Source: Candidatus Aenigmatarchaeota archaeon (GTDB taxonomy: Archaea > Aenigmatarchaeota > Aenigmatarchaeia > JACPZZ01). Taken from it: a stretch of DNA of 64,000 nt. Shown piece after piece: positions 18,851 to 27,739 of the stretch. Under the pieces are notes generated by a model that saw only the letters and a program-made list of their open reading frames with translations, was not told the DNA's origin and ran no database searches. Each line of letters opens with the position of its first letter. Within the stretch, counting starts at the first letter, position 1. Both the position numbers and the translations under genes were made by a program. Location: NCBI GenBank assembly GCA_016195275.1, contig JACPZZ010000017.1, positions 21,581-85,580 on the forward strand, in the 5' to 3' direction.

Positions 18851-21800
18851 CTACGCGGGTGGGGCTTTTGTTAATGCCTGATTGTAGAGGGACAGAAAAT
18901 GGGCTGGGACACTGATACCCAGCTCTGTACGGGCAGCCTTAATGTAGCGCTCCAGATATTTCAGTGATCCGAACCGGTCTCCTAATTTCAGACAAGTCTC
19001 TGCTAGTAGATAATTTGCTTCCTCATTATAGGGGTCCGACTCGACGAGCTTTTCCAGTACCTCAACAGATCGACCCAACTCACCTCTAGCGGTATAGTAT
19101 TTGGCAACGTTCATAAGTGCACGAATGTATTTTATCTCTAGAGAAGTACGTAAACTTTGACACCAGTCTGAGTAGAATTCATTCAGGAAAGGACCTATGT
19201 ACATCTCCATTGCCCTGAGCAGATTCTCCTCTTTGACAGGGCTTTCTTCCTCACATCGCTCAGCAGTCCTTAGGCTTTCTTCAAAGACCTCAAGGTCGAA
19301 ATCTACAGGGCTCTCGGGATTGAAGCAGTATCCATCACCTTTTGAGAGCACGCACCCTGGATAAAGAGCTTGTCTAAGGCGATAGATATTCATCTTTGAT
19401 GCAGCCGCAAAGTTCTCAAGGGTAACATCCGGCCATAGAGCTTCGATGATCTCCTCCTTGGTCACCACTCTTTTGGTACAAAGGAGAAAGTAGAAGAGTT
19501 CCTTGGCCTTGCGGCTTCTCCATTCGGAATCTGTTACCTCGTGTTTGCCCAGGAAAACACTGGCTTGCCCAAAGCTAAAGACCTTCAACGGAGGCAGCGA
19601 TCTCTGAGCAGGAGACGTAGTTCTGTCCGGCTCTGTCAGTTGTGCTCTTTCACTCATTCGTCTCGCTAGTCTCGTGAAAACTCCACCTGCCCCCTTTGCT
19701 GCACCGAATTGAACAAGCTCTGAAACCTGAGCACCATCTGCCAAAAGGAAACCCTCGTAACCGAGTCTTTGCGTGATGTGGTCAAGTTCTCGTAGGCAGA
19801 CTAGGGCTTCCCGAACTTGAGTCAGTTTATAAAAGACAAGTCCCTGGTGCAGTTTTGCCTCTGCCAGGCCCCTTTGACTTCCTACCTCACCGAACATCGC
19901 CTTTGCATCCCCTAGATGCTCTGTAGCCTCTTCAAACGAGCCCATCTGGCAATACACTTTGCCAAGCGAGAGGTGATAGCGAGCGCAGATGTATCTTTCC
20001 CCCGATTGCTCGGCATCGGGAATAGCTTGTTGTAATAACGCCTCAGCTTTGGATAACTCGCCTAAATCTCGATAAGTGTTTCCAAGGCCGTTCACAGCTT
20101 CAGCGATAAGTCGCTGGTCAAGAATGCTCCGGGCCATCTCTAGCCCTTCCAGGAGGCTCGTCAAGGCATCATGGTGGAGCCCGTTAGCTCTCTGCATGAT
20201 CCCTCTGGTGATCAGGACAAAAGCCTGCGTCCAACGTTCTCCAACGGCACGCGCTACTTTGAGAGCTTCGGTAATCTCATCGAGGGCAATATCGAAGTCC
20301 CCTAAATAGTAGTAGACATTGGCGAGGTTATTAAGGGTTAACGGCAAAGCGGTGTTGTTCTCCAGCTTCAACCAGCCCTGTCGTGCCTTCTCTAGATACA
20401 TAGATGCTTTATTCAGTTCTCCTGTCTCGATGTGTACAGCAGCTAGGCCATCATTTATCGTAGAAATGAGCGGCAGATTCTGCTGCGGAGCAATGTTTGA
20501 GGCCAACTCGAAATATTCTTTCGCTCGTTGAAATTCGCCTAGGCCAGCCAGGGCGCTGGCGAGCTGGCGATACGCTTCCGACAGATCCTCTGCCCTTGCA
20601 TTATGTGATCTCAGCACTGCGATGCCCTGCTCCGCTATTTTGACGGCAGCATCAAGCCTTCCCAGAGCCCTGGAAGCAGACGCCTTGTGGACCAGCACCC
20701 GTCCGGCGGTTGCCCAATCGTTTCCCTCTGCTATTGCAGTAGCTTTATCGAATTCTTCCATTGCCCGGGCAGGGTCGCCTGACCTGAGTAACACTGCCCC
20801 TCTAACCATCAGGATATGGGGGTCCCTCTCAGACAACTCGCGAGGAAGGAGATCTAGCCAGGCAGTCAGGGTCTGCCACTTTCGTTCCTGAAGGTATCTG
20901 TCAGCCACCTGTCTGATTATTTGGGCCGCCCCTTCTGCTTCGCCAGCCTTTGTCAGATGTCTGATAGCTGCATCGTGGTTTCCCACCTGCTGGAACAGGG
21001 AGCCTGCTCTCTGGTTAAACGCCTTATATGACTCAGGTTTCTCACTACTGAACTTCCTTTCCAGATATTCCCTGAAAAGGTCATGGTACCTGTAAACCGA
21101 GTCTTCACTGCCACGTTCCTCAAGGAACAGGCCTCTCTCTTTTATCTCGTGGATCAACTGACTGGAATGAGCTAGGTTAAGCAGATTGTCACAGAGCCTC
21201 ACACTGAACTCTTTCAGGATGGACGTTTGCAGAAGGAAAGATTTGAGACGTTCGGGAAGCCCATTGAAAACTTCCTGGGTCAAGTAATCGAAGAAGACAC
21301 TTTCATTGAGGCTGGCTAAAGTCGGCGATAGAGCGTCTCTTGAGCGTGTCCTGGCGGTCAGCAATACACCTGTGACCCAGCCACCAGTACGCGTGGCTAC
21401 TTCTTGAGCTTCTTCTGTTGGCACGGACCTTTCCCAGACACTGGATAGGGCTTCAGCGATTTCTTCCACAGAAAGGCGCAGAGTCTCGTTATCAAGCCAG
21501 GAGACGTCATCTTGGGCTACAAGTTTAGGTAGACAACTAATAGACGGCTTTGTTCTGCTTGCAATGAGGAAGTGGACATTGGACGGGGAACGCTCTATGA
21601 GTAAAGACAGAGCTTCTTTCAATGCTGACTTTGTATCTATGTGGTGTACGTCATCAAATATGAAGAGTAATTTGCCCTCAACCTTGTTATGAAACGCAGT
21701 TACCAGCAGGCCAACCAGGGTGCGCCAATCTGCCGTGGACGTTCGTATGAGCCAATTCACATCCCCTTTATTACCATCCTTAAACCGACTTTCAAGGGTT

Positions 21801-22057
21801 CTTACACAATATCGGAGAAACTCTAGAGGTTCATTGTCTTCAGGAGTAAAGGAGTACCAGCACACCGGAAAATCTGAATCTGAGATAAAGTCCACGAGTA
21901 GAGTTGTTTTTCCGTAGCCAGCAGGTGCCCAGAGAATCTGAACTCTTCTGTCGAGACCTGATTTTACAATATCAAGCGGCTTCGTCCGGCGGATAATACC
22001 TTCCCGCCGCTTCGGTATAAGGATCTTCGTGATGAACGGTAAATCAGTGGTTATCAA
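18851..22057 (-). CDS. MalT-like STAND ATPase - TPR - wHTH - BTAD transcriptional regulator
   Basis: TKILIP, APAGYGKTT, IFDDVH, TGGW, YRYHDLFREYL; TPR array; WRSRKAKELFYFLL, EALWP, YIGPFL, DPYNEE. Confidence 0.9.
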   Translation of the reverse strand: MITTDLPFITKILIPKRREGIIRRTKPLDIVKSGLDRRVQILWAPAGYGKTTLLVDFISDSDFPVCWYSFTPEDNEPLEFLRYCVRTLESRFKDGNKGDVNWLIRTSTADWRTLVGLLVTAFHNKVEGKLLFIFDDVHHIDTKSALKEALSLLIERSPSNVHFLIASRTKPSISCLPKLVAQDDVSWLDNETLRLSVEEIAEALSSVWERSVPTEEAQEVATRTGGWVTGVLLTARTRSRDALSPTLASLNESVFFDYLTQEVFNGLPERLKSFLLQTSILKEFSVRLCDNLLNLAHSSQLIHEIKERGLFLEERGSEDSVYRYHDLFREYLERKFSSEKPESYKAFNQRAGSLFQQVGNHDAAIRHLTKAGEAEGAAQIIRQVADRYLQERKWQTLTAWLDLLPRELSERDPHILMVRGAVLLRSGDPARAMEEFDKATAIAEGNDWATAGRVLVHKASASRALGRLDAAVKIAEQGIAVLRSHNARAEDLSEAYRQLASALAGLGEFQRAKEYFELASNIAPQQNLPLISTINDGLAAVHIETGELNKASMYLEKARQGWLKLENNTALPLTLNNLANVYYYLGDFDIALDEITEALKVARAVGERWTQAFVLITRGIMQRANGLHHDALTSLLEGLEMARSILDQRLIAEAVNGLGNTYRDLGELSKAEALLQQAIPDAEQSGERYICARYHLSLGKVYCQMGSFEEATEHLGDAKAMFGEVGSQRGLAEAKLHQGLVFYKLTQVREALVCLRELDHITQRLGYEGFLLADGAQVSELVQFGAAKGAGGVFTRLARRMSERAQLTEPDRTTSPAQRSLPPLKVFSFGQASVFLGKHEVTDSEWRSRKAKELFYFLLCTKRVVTKEEIIEALWPDVTLENFAAASKMNIYRLRQALYPGCVLSKGDGYCFNPESPVDFDLEVFEESLRTAERCEEESPVKEENLLRAMEMYIGPFLNEFYSDWCQSLRTSLEIKYIRALMNVAKYYTARGELGRSVEVLEKLVESDPYNEEANYLLAETCLKLGDRFGSLKYLERYIKAARTELGISVPAHFLSLYNQALTKAPPA

Positions 22058-22342
22058 ATTTACCTACCACGCCTGGATGGTAAAATCTCTGCCACGGCTG
22101 ACTCACAATTGCAGGACTGCTTCAGGAAGCCACGTACATGCTGGATGTACTCTATCACAGTCAATTCTTAGACTCACCTGTGGCAGCAGGTCTAACGAGA
22201 TTATAGCATTTCAGGAACAGCCGTTGTGACACAAAACCTATGTACACGTCGCCCAGCGAGGCGTACAGGAGCTTCACCGGAACATCCCGCTCGGCAAGGT
22301 CCCGCCGCCACCTGTATAAGCCGTCCGTGTCATTGATTATGT

Positions 22343-22849
22343 ATGAACTACCAAAACGACTTCACCCAAAAAATCTCGCAATACCTGGAGCAGCTTAGGA
22401 ACGAATTGAATGAGGACGTTCCTAGGCTCGGAGAGCTGGTTGGGGACCTAACGCTTTCTCAGGCTGACATCTACGTTGAGCAGGCCAGCGAACTTCTCGA
22501 CAATTATCATAGCATGTTCCGCCCTGACGCCGAATCCGGTGAGGCCGGTAAAACGCGAACCAACTGGTATCAGCGTCGCAAAGTCCTTCAGGAATACGAC
22601 GCCAAGATAGAGGCTGCACTCCCAGAGATATTCGAGAAGGACGGTTATGTGACGGCAGCGATTATTGAGAGCCAAGTTGGAATTGAGTCGAAAGAGGCGG
22701 AGAAGCGGTTGAGAATCCTGTCAAAGAAATACAAATGGAGAACGAGGCAGGACCCAGAGCACCCGGAGTCGATCCGTTATCTCGCGTCCCGCCTATCGAG
22801 ACAAAGCTCCGAAACGCAGCCTACCCCTGGTAAGGGAGAGCAGGGTTAG
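22343..22849 (+). CDS. Hypothetical protein, possible C-terminal wHTH
   Basis: 168-aa ORF with globular composition. Confidence 0.6.
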   Translation: MNYQNDFTQKISQYLEQLRNELNEDVPRLGELVGDLTLSQADIYVEQASELLDNYHSMFRPDAESGEAGKTRTNWYQRRKVLQEYDAKIEAALPEIFEKDGYVTAAIIESQVGIESKEAEKRLRILSKKYKWRTRQDPEHPESIRYLASRLSRQSSETQPTPGKGEQG

Positions 22850-23286
22850 ACTCCTGGCCGGTTTTTTCTCCAAGTCGGCTGCCAAGGCGAAGTTCTTCAG
22901 GTGATCTGTAACTCTGCTTTTGATCCGCGCAATTCACAATCGTCATCTCATCCACCCCCTCCACCCTAGCCACCTATACATGCTTCAGTCCTTTCTCCAG
23001 GCGAGCTTTCTTGATATAATCTCCGAAAGTAGTCGGCTCACCATAGCGAGATGTGCTGAATGACAGGACAAGCGGCTTCACAAACACTTGTGCCGAATCT
23101 GCATATTGATTGTGGATTGATGCTGAACGGTTGAGTGATCATGGAGATTGCTATCATGAAGATAGGATGGCTGCGGTCTCTCGCATAACAACTAGCCGAC
23201 TGGCATCGCTCTCCACCGCCTCTCAGCTATGAGAGCCGGGTTGCCATCATAGAATTGAGGACTTCCTCACATGGCCCAAACCTGTT

Positions 23287-24936
23287 TTACCTGGCTGACA
23301 ACTTCAGCGGCAGGAAACTAACCGCATCACTCTTCACTTCAGTTAAAGTTGCGTCCATTCTATCAGGATAGTGTGAACTCAATTGATCCCTTGCCAATAT
23401 AGGCAGGATTGCTTCCAGCTCAACACTATCTCCATCTATCCAAACCTTAAGCTGGAGAGTTTCTAATAAAAGACGCCTGGCTTCAAAGCTGAATTCCTGC
23501 AATCTCCTTAACACCAGATTACAGAGTGATTTGATGCCTTCTTCGTCTAATTGCCATCGTCGCAGGTTCTTGAGACGTTGTTCAAACACCTCTTTCTCGC
23601 TGAGGAGGCGCTTGCGTTCAATTTCAATACTCGCTTTCTCTCTTTGCAGCAAGTCGTCATCGAATTCTCCAAACGAGTAAAGCCGTATTAGGCGTACCTC
23701 CCTATTGCGAAGCTTGTCAAGCATAGCATCAATTGTCTTGAGATCCTCTTCTGCTGAATCTCCGGACAAAAGGGTCTCCTGCCTTCTTCTTAGCAGCTCA
23801 TAGACAAAATCAGGGTTGGTCATGGCTTCTTCGAGTCGTTCCCAAACCAATCTCTCTAATCTTGCGGCACTATAGGTACGGTTCCTGCACTTTGTAGGGA
23901 AGTCGATGTGTTGTTTGGCTGCACAAGCATAGCTGGGAACCTTCTTCTTCGGCATTCCCCAATATCTTCTACCGCACCATTTACAGTATACGTAGCCGCT
24001 AAACAGGTATTGATGCTTGCTGTTTCTTTTGGCTAGTTCGCTATTCCTCTGAAGCTGCTTCTGGACACTGTTGAACAGTTCTTCAGTGATAATAGCTGGT
24101 GTTGCACCAGGAACTTCGATCCATTCGTCCCGCGGCCTCCAGGCCCTGCTGGTTAGTAGGCGCGAGGGATTTGACTTCAAACGCCTCTTTGGTTCTGCTG
24201 GCGTCATGGTGAATGCGTATGTCTTGCCTGTGTAAGCAGGGTTGGTGAGAACCCTGTGGACTGTGCTCTTTATCCATGTTTCCTTGCCTGAGGGACTTGG
24301 AATCCCAAGATCTCGTAGTCTCCGAACAATAGCGTTGAGAGTCAACCCTTCTTCCACAAGCCAACTGTATATTTTCTTCACGACCTCGGCGTTCTCTGGA
24401 ACGATTGCTCTGATTCCTTCTCCGTCTCCTCTGCCTGGAATATAGCGATACCCATAGGGAGAGGTATGTCCAGCGCTAGGGATTTTACCGCGCAAGGCCC
24501 GCATCTTCTTGCCGCGCGTTGTGCGCTCAAGGATTTTCTCCTTTTCTATCTGGGCAGCGTAGCCAATGACATAACGGATTAGCTGACCTTCAGGGGTATT
24601 ATCCAAAGGCTCAGTCACGAAGATCAACTCAACCTTTCTCTTTTCGCACTCCTCAGCAATGATAGCAATATGTATTGGATTCCTCGCCAGCCTGTCAGTG
24701 GAGTGTACAATGAACGCATCAATCTTCTTCTCCTTAAGAAGAAGGCGCGCGTGCATCAGTAATGGCCTGTCCAGGGTCGCGCCTGAATAATCCTCCTTAA
24801 AGATGAACTCGTCTGGGACCTCGTATCCTTTTGCCTTTGCCAGCGCCAAGCATCGCTCAAGCTGCGTCTCCAGGCTCGTGCCTTCTTCCTTTTGTCTCGT
24901 GGTGCTTACACGAGTGTAAATTGCCGCGGTTTTCAT
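23287..24936 (-). CDS. Large serine recombinase (resolvase + recombinase + zinc ribbon + coiled coil)
   Basis: AAIYTRVST..Q, SGATLDRP, DRLAR, PYGY, LTNPAYTG, CKWCG. Confidence 0.95.
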   Translation of the reverse strand: MKTAAIYTRVSTTRQKEEGTSLETQLERCLALAKAKGYEVPDEFIFKEDYSGATLDRPLLMHARLLLKEKKIDAFIVHSTDRLARNPIHIAIIAEECEKRKVELIFVTEPLDNTPEGQLIRYVIGYAAQIEKEKILERTTRGKKMRALRGKIPSAGHTSPYGYRYIPGRGDGEGIRAIVPENAEVVKKIYSWLVEEGLTLNAIVRRLRDLGIPSPSGKETWIKSTVHRVLTNPAYTGKTYAFTMTPAEPKRRLKSNPSRLLTSRAWRPRDEWIEVPGATPAIITEELFNSVQKQLQRNSELAKRNSKHQYLFSGYVYCKWCGRRYWGMPKKKVPSYACAAKQHIDFPTKCRNRTYSAARLERLVWERLEEAMTNPDFVYELLRRRQETLLSGDSAEEDLKTIDAMLDKLRNREVRLIRLYSFGEFDDDLLQREKASIEIERKRLLSEKEVFEQRLKNLRRWQLDEEGIKSLCNLVLRRLQEFSFEARRLLLETLQLKVWIDGDSVELEAILPILARDQLSSHYPDRMDATLTEVKSDAVSFLPLKLSAR

Positions 24937-24967
24937 GCGTGCCTCCTTGCCGAAGTTCTCAATGGGT

Positions 24968-25540
24968 TTACTTCGGCTCTTGTTTTTCCAGATCACTCAA
25001 GAGCAGTCTCGCCAACTTATCCAAAACAGGATCGAGTCCAACAAATGCGCGTGCTTCACCCATGCGCAAAACCTCTTGCGGCTCCGCTACCCTGTCAACA
25101 CTATGCACCGAGTCCGGCTCATCGAGGACCCGTTCATCTTCGCCTGGCTCCTGGAAAAGCGCAGGAAGCTCTCCTTCTTCGCTTTCCGCTCTCCCAACAC
25201 GTCTGGGTCCAGCTTTCTGTTCATTTTCTCTATGGAGGCCCTGGGATAACTGGGCATCCTCGTCTGCTTCACGACTTCCCTCAAGCTTGGGCTTCGGGGT
25301 AGGCTGGGTGGGACAGCCTACGGCATCAGCCCGTTCCTCGTCAATAGGGATAGCAGTATTGCTTTCTCTTTCTACTTCCACTTTCTCAGAGGAACTCTCC
25401 CCGGCTGGCCAGAGGGAAAGTTGCATAGCCCTGATTTGCTTCTTGCCAAGGCGTTGTGCCCGGCTTTCAAGCTGGCCCTCCTCTGTTTTCCCGACTCGCC
25501 GCCGGGTGTCCGTCTTGCGCTCTTTCATTCTCTGTTTCAC
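24968..25540 (-). CDS. Hypothetical protein directly upstream of the serine recombinase (start uncertain)
   Basis: ORF ending DPVLDKLARLLLSDLEKQEPK; largely low complexity. Confidence 0.4.
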   Translation of the reverse strand: MKQRMKERKTDTRRRVGKTEEGQLESRAQRLGKKQIRAMQLSLWPAGESSSEKVEVERESNTAIPIDEERADAVGCPTQPTPKPKLEGSREADEDAQLSQGLHRENEQKAGPRRVGRAESEEGELPALFQEPGEDERVLDEPDSVHSVDRVAEPQEVLRMGEARAFVGLDPVLDKLARLLLSDLEKQEPK

Positions 25541-25557
25541 GCCGACCTGTTTCTGGT

Positions 25558-26226
25558 TTAGCCCTCATTAAGGCGTTGCCAATTACACTGCGTCACTGAA
25601 ACGAAATAGAACGCAGTCAGGGGTCTTGGGGAAGGCTTGCCTGCGCATAGGGCGATGGATGCCGGACCGGAGCGATTCGCAGAGAAGCGAGGGAAGAAAG
25701 GCATCGCTCGTTTGCGCTCTCCACATCGGACGACACTGTGGCGATGCCCTGACACAAATCGGCGGCGGTCTAAGCCCGACGCCATAAATGAATGTGAGCC
25801 GCATTGCGACCCAGAGTCTTTGTTCCGATCATTAACCATGTCTCTTACATCTTTCCGACCTGTTTCATCCCTGAAACTGATCGCGTAAGGGGATGGGTTC
25901 GGGAAACCGCGAGAGGTTTTCCGATAGGGCTTCCGAGTGAGCGCAAGCGAGCTCGCCGAGCGGAGCGAGGGGAGAAGCCCGTGAGGGTTACGGGAGCGCA
26001 GTCTCCCGATTACAAAATGGGCGGCGTCCGCCCCAATTACGCCACGGTTAGAGGGCAACAGGTGTCCCCACCGTTGCCTCTCTTTCCGATACCAGGCGTC
26101 ATCGATTGAGCCTGCAATCGCTCTGGCGATGTCCAGGCCGAACTTGCTGTCGAACCGGACGACCTGAACCTCGTCGGGTTCGTCCCAGTACAGTCGGAAT
26201 TCCTCCTCTTGGAAATCGACCAGCAC
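25558..26226 (-). CDS. Hypothetical protein; only the N-terminal ~55 aa look convincingly coding
   Basis: GGAGGA SD before GTG; N-terminus is paralogous to 26599-26757; the rest overlaps a hairpin-rich region. Confidence 0.4.
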   Translation of the reverse strand: MLVDFQEEEFRLYWDEPDEVQVVRFDSKFGLDIARAIAGSIDDAWYRKERQRWGHLLPSNRGVIGADAAHFVIGRLRSRNPHGLLPSLRSASSLALTRKPYRKTSRGFPNPSPYAISFRDETGRKDVRDMVNDRNKDSGSQCGSHSFMASGLDRRRFVSGHRHSVVRCGERKRAMPFFPRFSANRSGPASIALCAGKPSPRPLTAFYFVSVTQCNWQRLNEG

Positions 26227-26598
26227 TTTGGGAAGTCCTCCCTTCGATTTCGTTTGTCTGCAATTTCACAGACACCACCTCCACACACCTATTCGCGAAT
26301 CCCCGCTTGAAGCTTTCATCAGAAAGATTCAAGAACGGGGATGAGCGGTCACTTGTGGAGGTGGTGTGAAATACAGACTGAAATTGCAAGAGGGGAAGGT
26401 TTGCGAACCTTGCCCGGTCTTCCACGTCCTCGCCCGCTATCCCTTCGCCTTCCGCCCAGAGGATACGATCCGAGTAGCCCGCACCATACGAGGGATACTT
26501 TGGCTCGCGTATCCGGTAGGAGCTTCTCTCACGCCTATACGAGAGCCACAGGTTCTCGATCAGGTGGTAGGCTCTTGGCCGCCACATTCGGTATCCGG

Positions 26599-26757
26599 TC
26601 ATTCCGTTCGCCCTGCCTTCCTCAGCTCGCGCAGCAGTAGCTTTCCTTTCGGGCTGTCGAACGGCACGAACTCAAGAGGTCTGTCCCAACAGAACTTTCG
26701 GAACGTCCTGAGCCGAAAGTCCACGTTGTACCCATTCCACTTCAGAAACCGCCTCAT
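26599..26757 (-). CDS. Small hypothetical protein (52 aa)
   Basis: MRRFLKWNGYNVDFRLRTFRKFCWDRPLEFVPFDSPKGKLLLRELRKAGRTE; GGGTGA SD. Confidence 0.6.
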   Translation of the reverse strand: MRRFLKWNGYNVDFRLRTFRKFCWDRPLEFVPFDSPKGKLLLRELRKAGRTE

Positions 26758-26833
26758 ACGCTCACCCCTGTTTAGGGAGAGGAACGGGGCTTCTTCCCCT
26801 TCCTTCTTTTCTTTTCAATCAACCAGATGCGGG

Positions 26834-27319
26834 TCATGCTTTCACCGCCGCTGCGGATTGCGAAGAAGAGGGCGCATCCTCCTTCTCCGTCTCCACCGTG
26901 CTACAGGTGGATGGCTTGGCATTTACTTTGCCGAGCAGCCACTCGGCGAAGTTGTCAGCCAACTTCTTCACACCGTCCGATGACAGCCCAGTCGGTGCCC
27001 AGCACGTTGCTGCGGCTTTCAAAGCGACTGAGTAGACCATCAAGGTCTCCCGTTCGTAGAGGCCGAAGCCCCTTGGAACGGTGTCCGACAGCTTGGCAGT
27101 CGGGGTCTCCACGACCTCAATCGCCTTAATGTTTCGGAACTTCCCGTTCTCCACATAGGCGATGGCCACCTGCTGTCCTTCTTTCACCGGACACTCTTTC
27201 TCGAAGGCGCTGTAATACTCGCCCCCGACCCTGACGGCGTACCGGTCTGGGTTTCTCCAGACCAACTCCACGCGGCCTGCCGTCAGCCGCATCCCCCTTT
27301 TTTCTTCTTTCCCTGACAT
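26834..27319 (-). CDS. Putative OB-fold (SSB-like) protein
   Basis: Beta pattern YAVRVGGEYYSAF...VKEGQQVAIAYVENGKFRNIKAIEV; AAGGAG SD. Confidence 0.5.
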   Translation of the reverse strand: MSGKEEKRGMRLTAGRVELVWRNPDRYAVRVGGEYYSAFEKECPVKEGQQVAIAYVENGKFRNIKAIEVVETPTAKLSDTVPRGFGLYERETLMVYSVALKAAATCWAPTGLSSDGVKKLADNFAEWLLGKVNAKPSTCSTVETEKEDAPSSSQSAAAVKA

Positions 27320-27480
27320 GTTCTCTCAACTCCTTGGGATGGCTTCTTTTCGAGCCACCCCTGCTTTTTCGTTTACTTCAGTCGTGGTCGGCGCAGGCGA
27401 GGCGACCCTCACACTGAGTGCAGAGAGGAGAAACCGAGAATATGCCCAGCGGGGCTTATCTCGGTTTAGCCCGCCTGCGC

Positions 27481-27521
27481 GAGGGAAGGCCGAGCACGGG
27501 AAACCGTAGGTTTCCGGTGCC
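27481..27521. repeat. Dispersed hairpin repeat, copy A
   Basis: gagggaaggccgagcacgggaaaccgtaggtttccggtgcc; 36/41 identical to 37143-37183. Confidence 0.85.
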
Positions 27522-27739
27522 TTCGCGCGGAGCGCAGGTTGACCTCTAGCTGACTCTTCATCCCTCTTTCTCCGAATTGAGGAACCTGACAAGGGTGGAC
27601 GGCGCGACTTTTTCCCTGTCCGCTCTCCCAAGCTCACTCCTTACGAGTTCCTCGATCTGCCCGAGATGGGTCTTGCTCTCGCTCAGGACGATCACGCTCG
27701 CGCAGCCCAGGTTTTGGATGTTCCTCTGGTTCTCTCTTG

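Noticed and set aside
22850-23290. att sites for the serine recombinase
   Set aside because: No convincing paired site or split target gene found by eye
26099-26602. ORF 26099-26602 as a confident gene
   Set aside because: It has an ATGA overlap with the upstream ORF but no motif and overlaps the better-supported ORF starting at 26226; left uncalled
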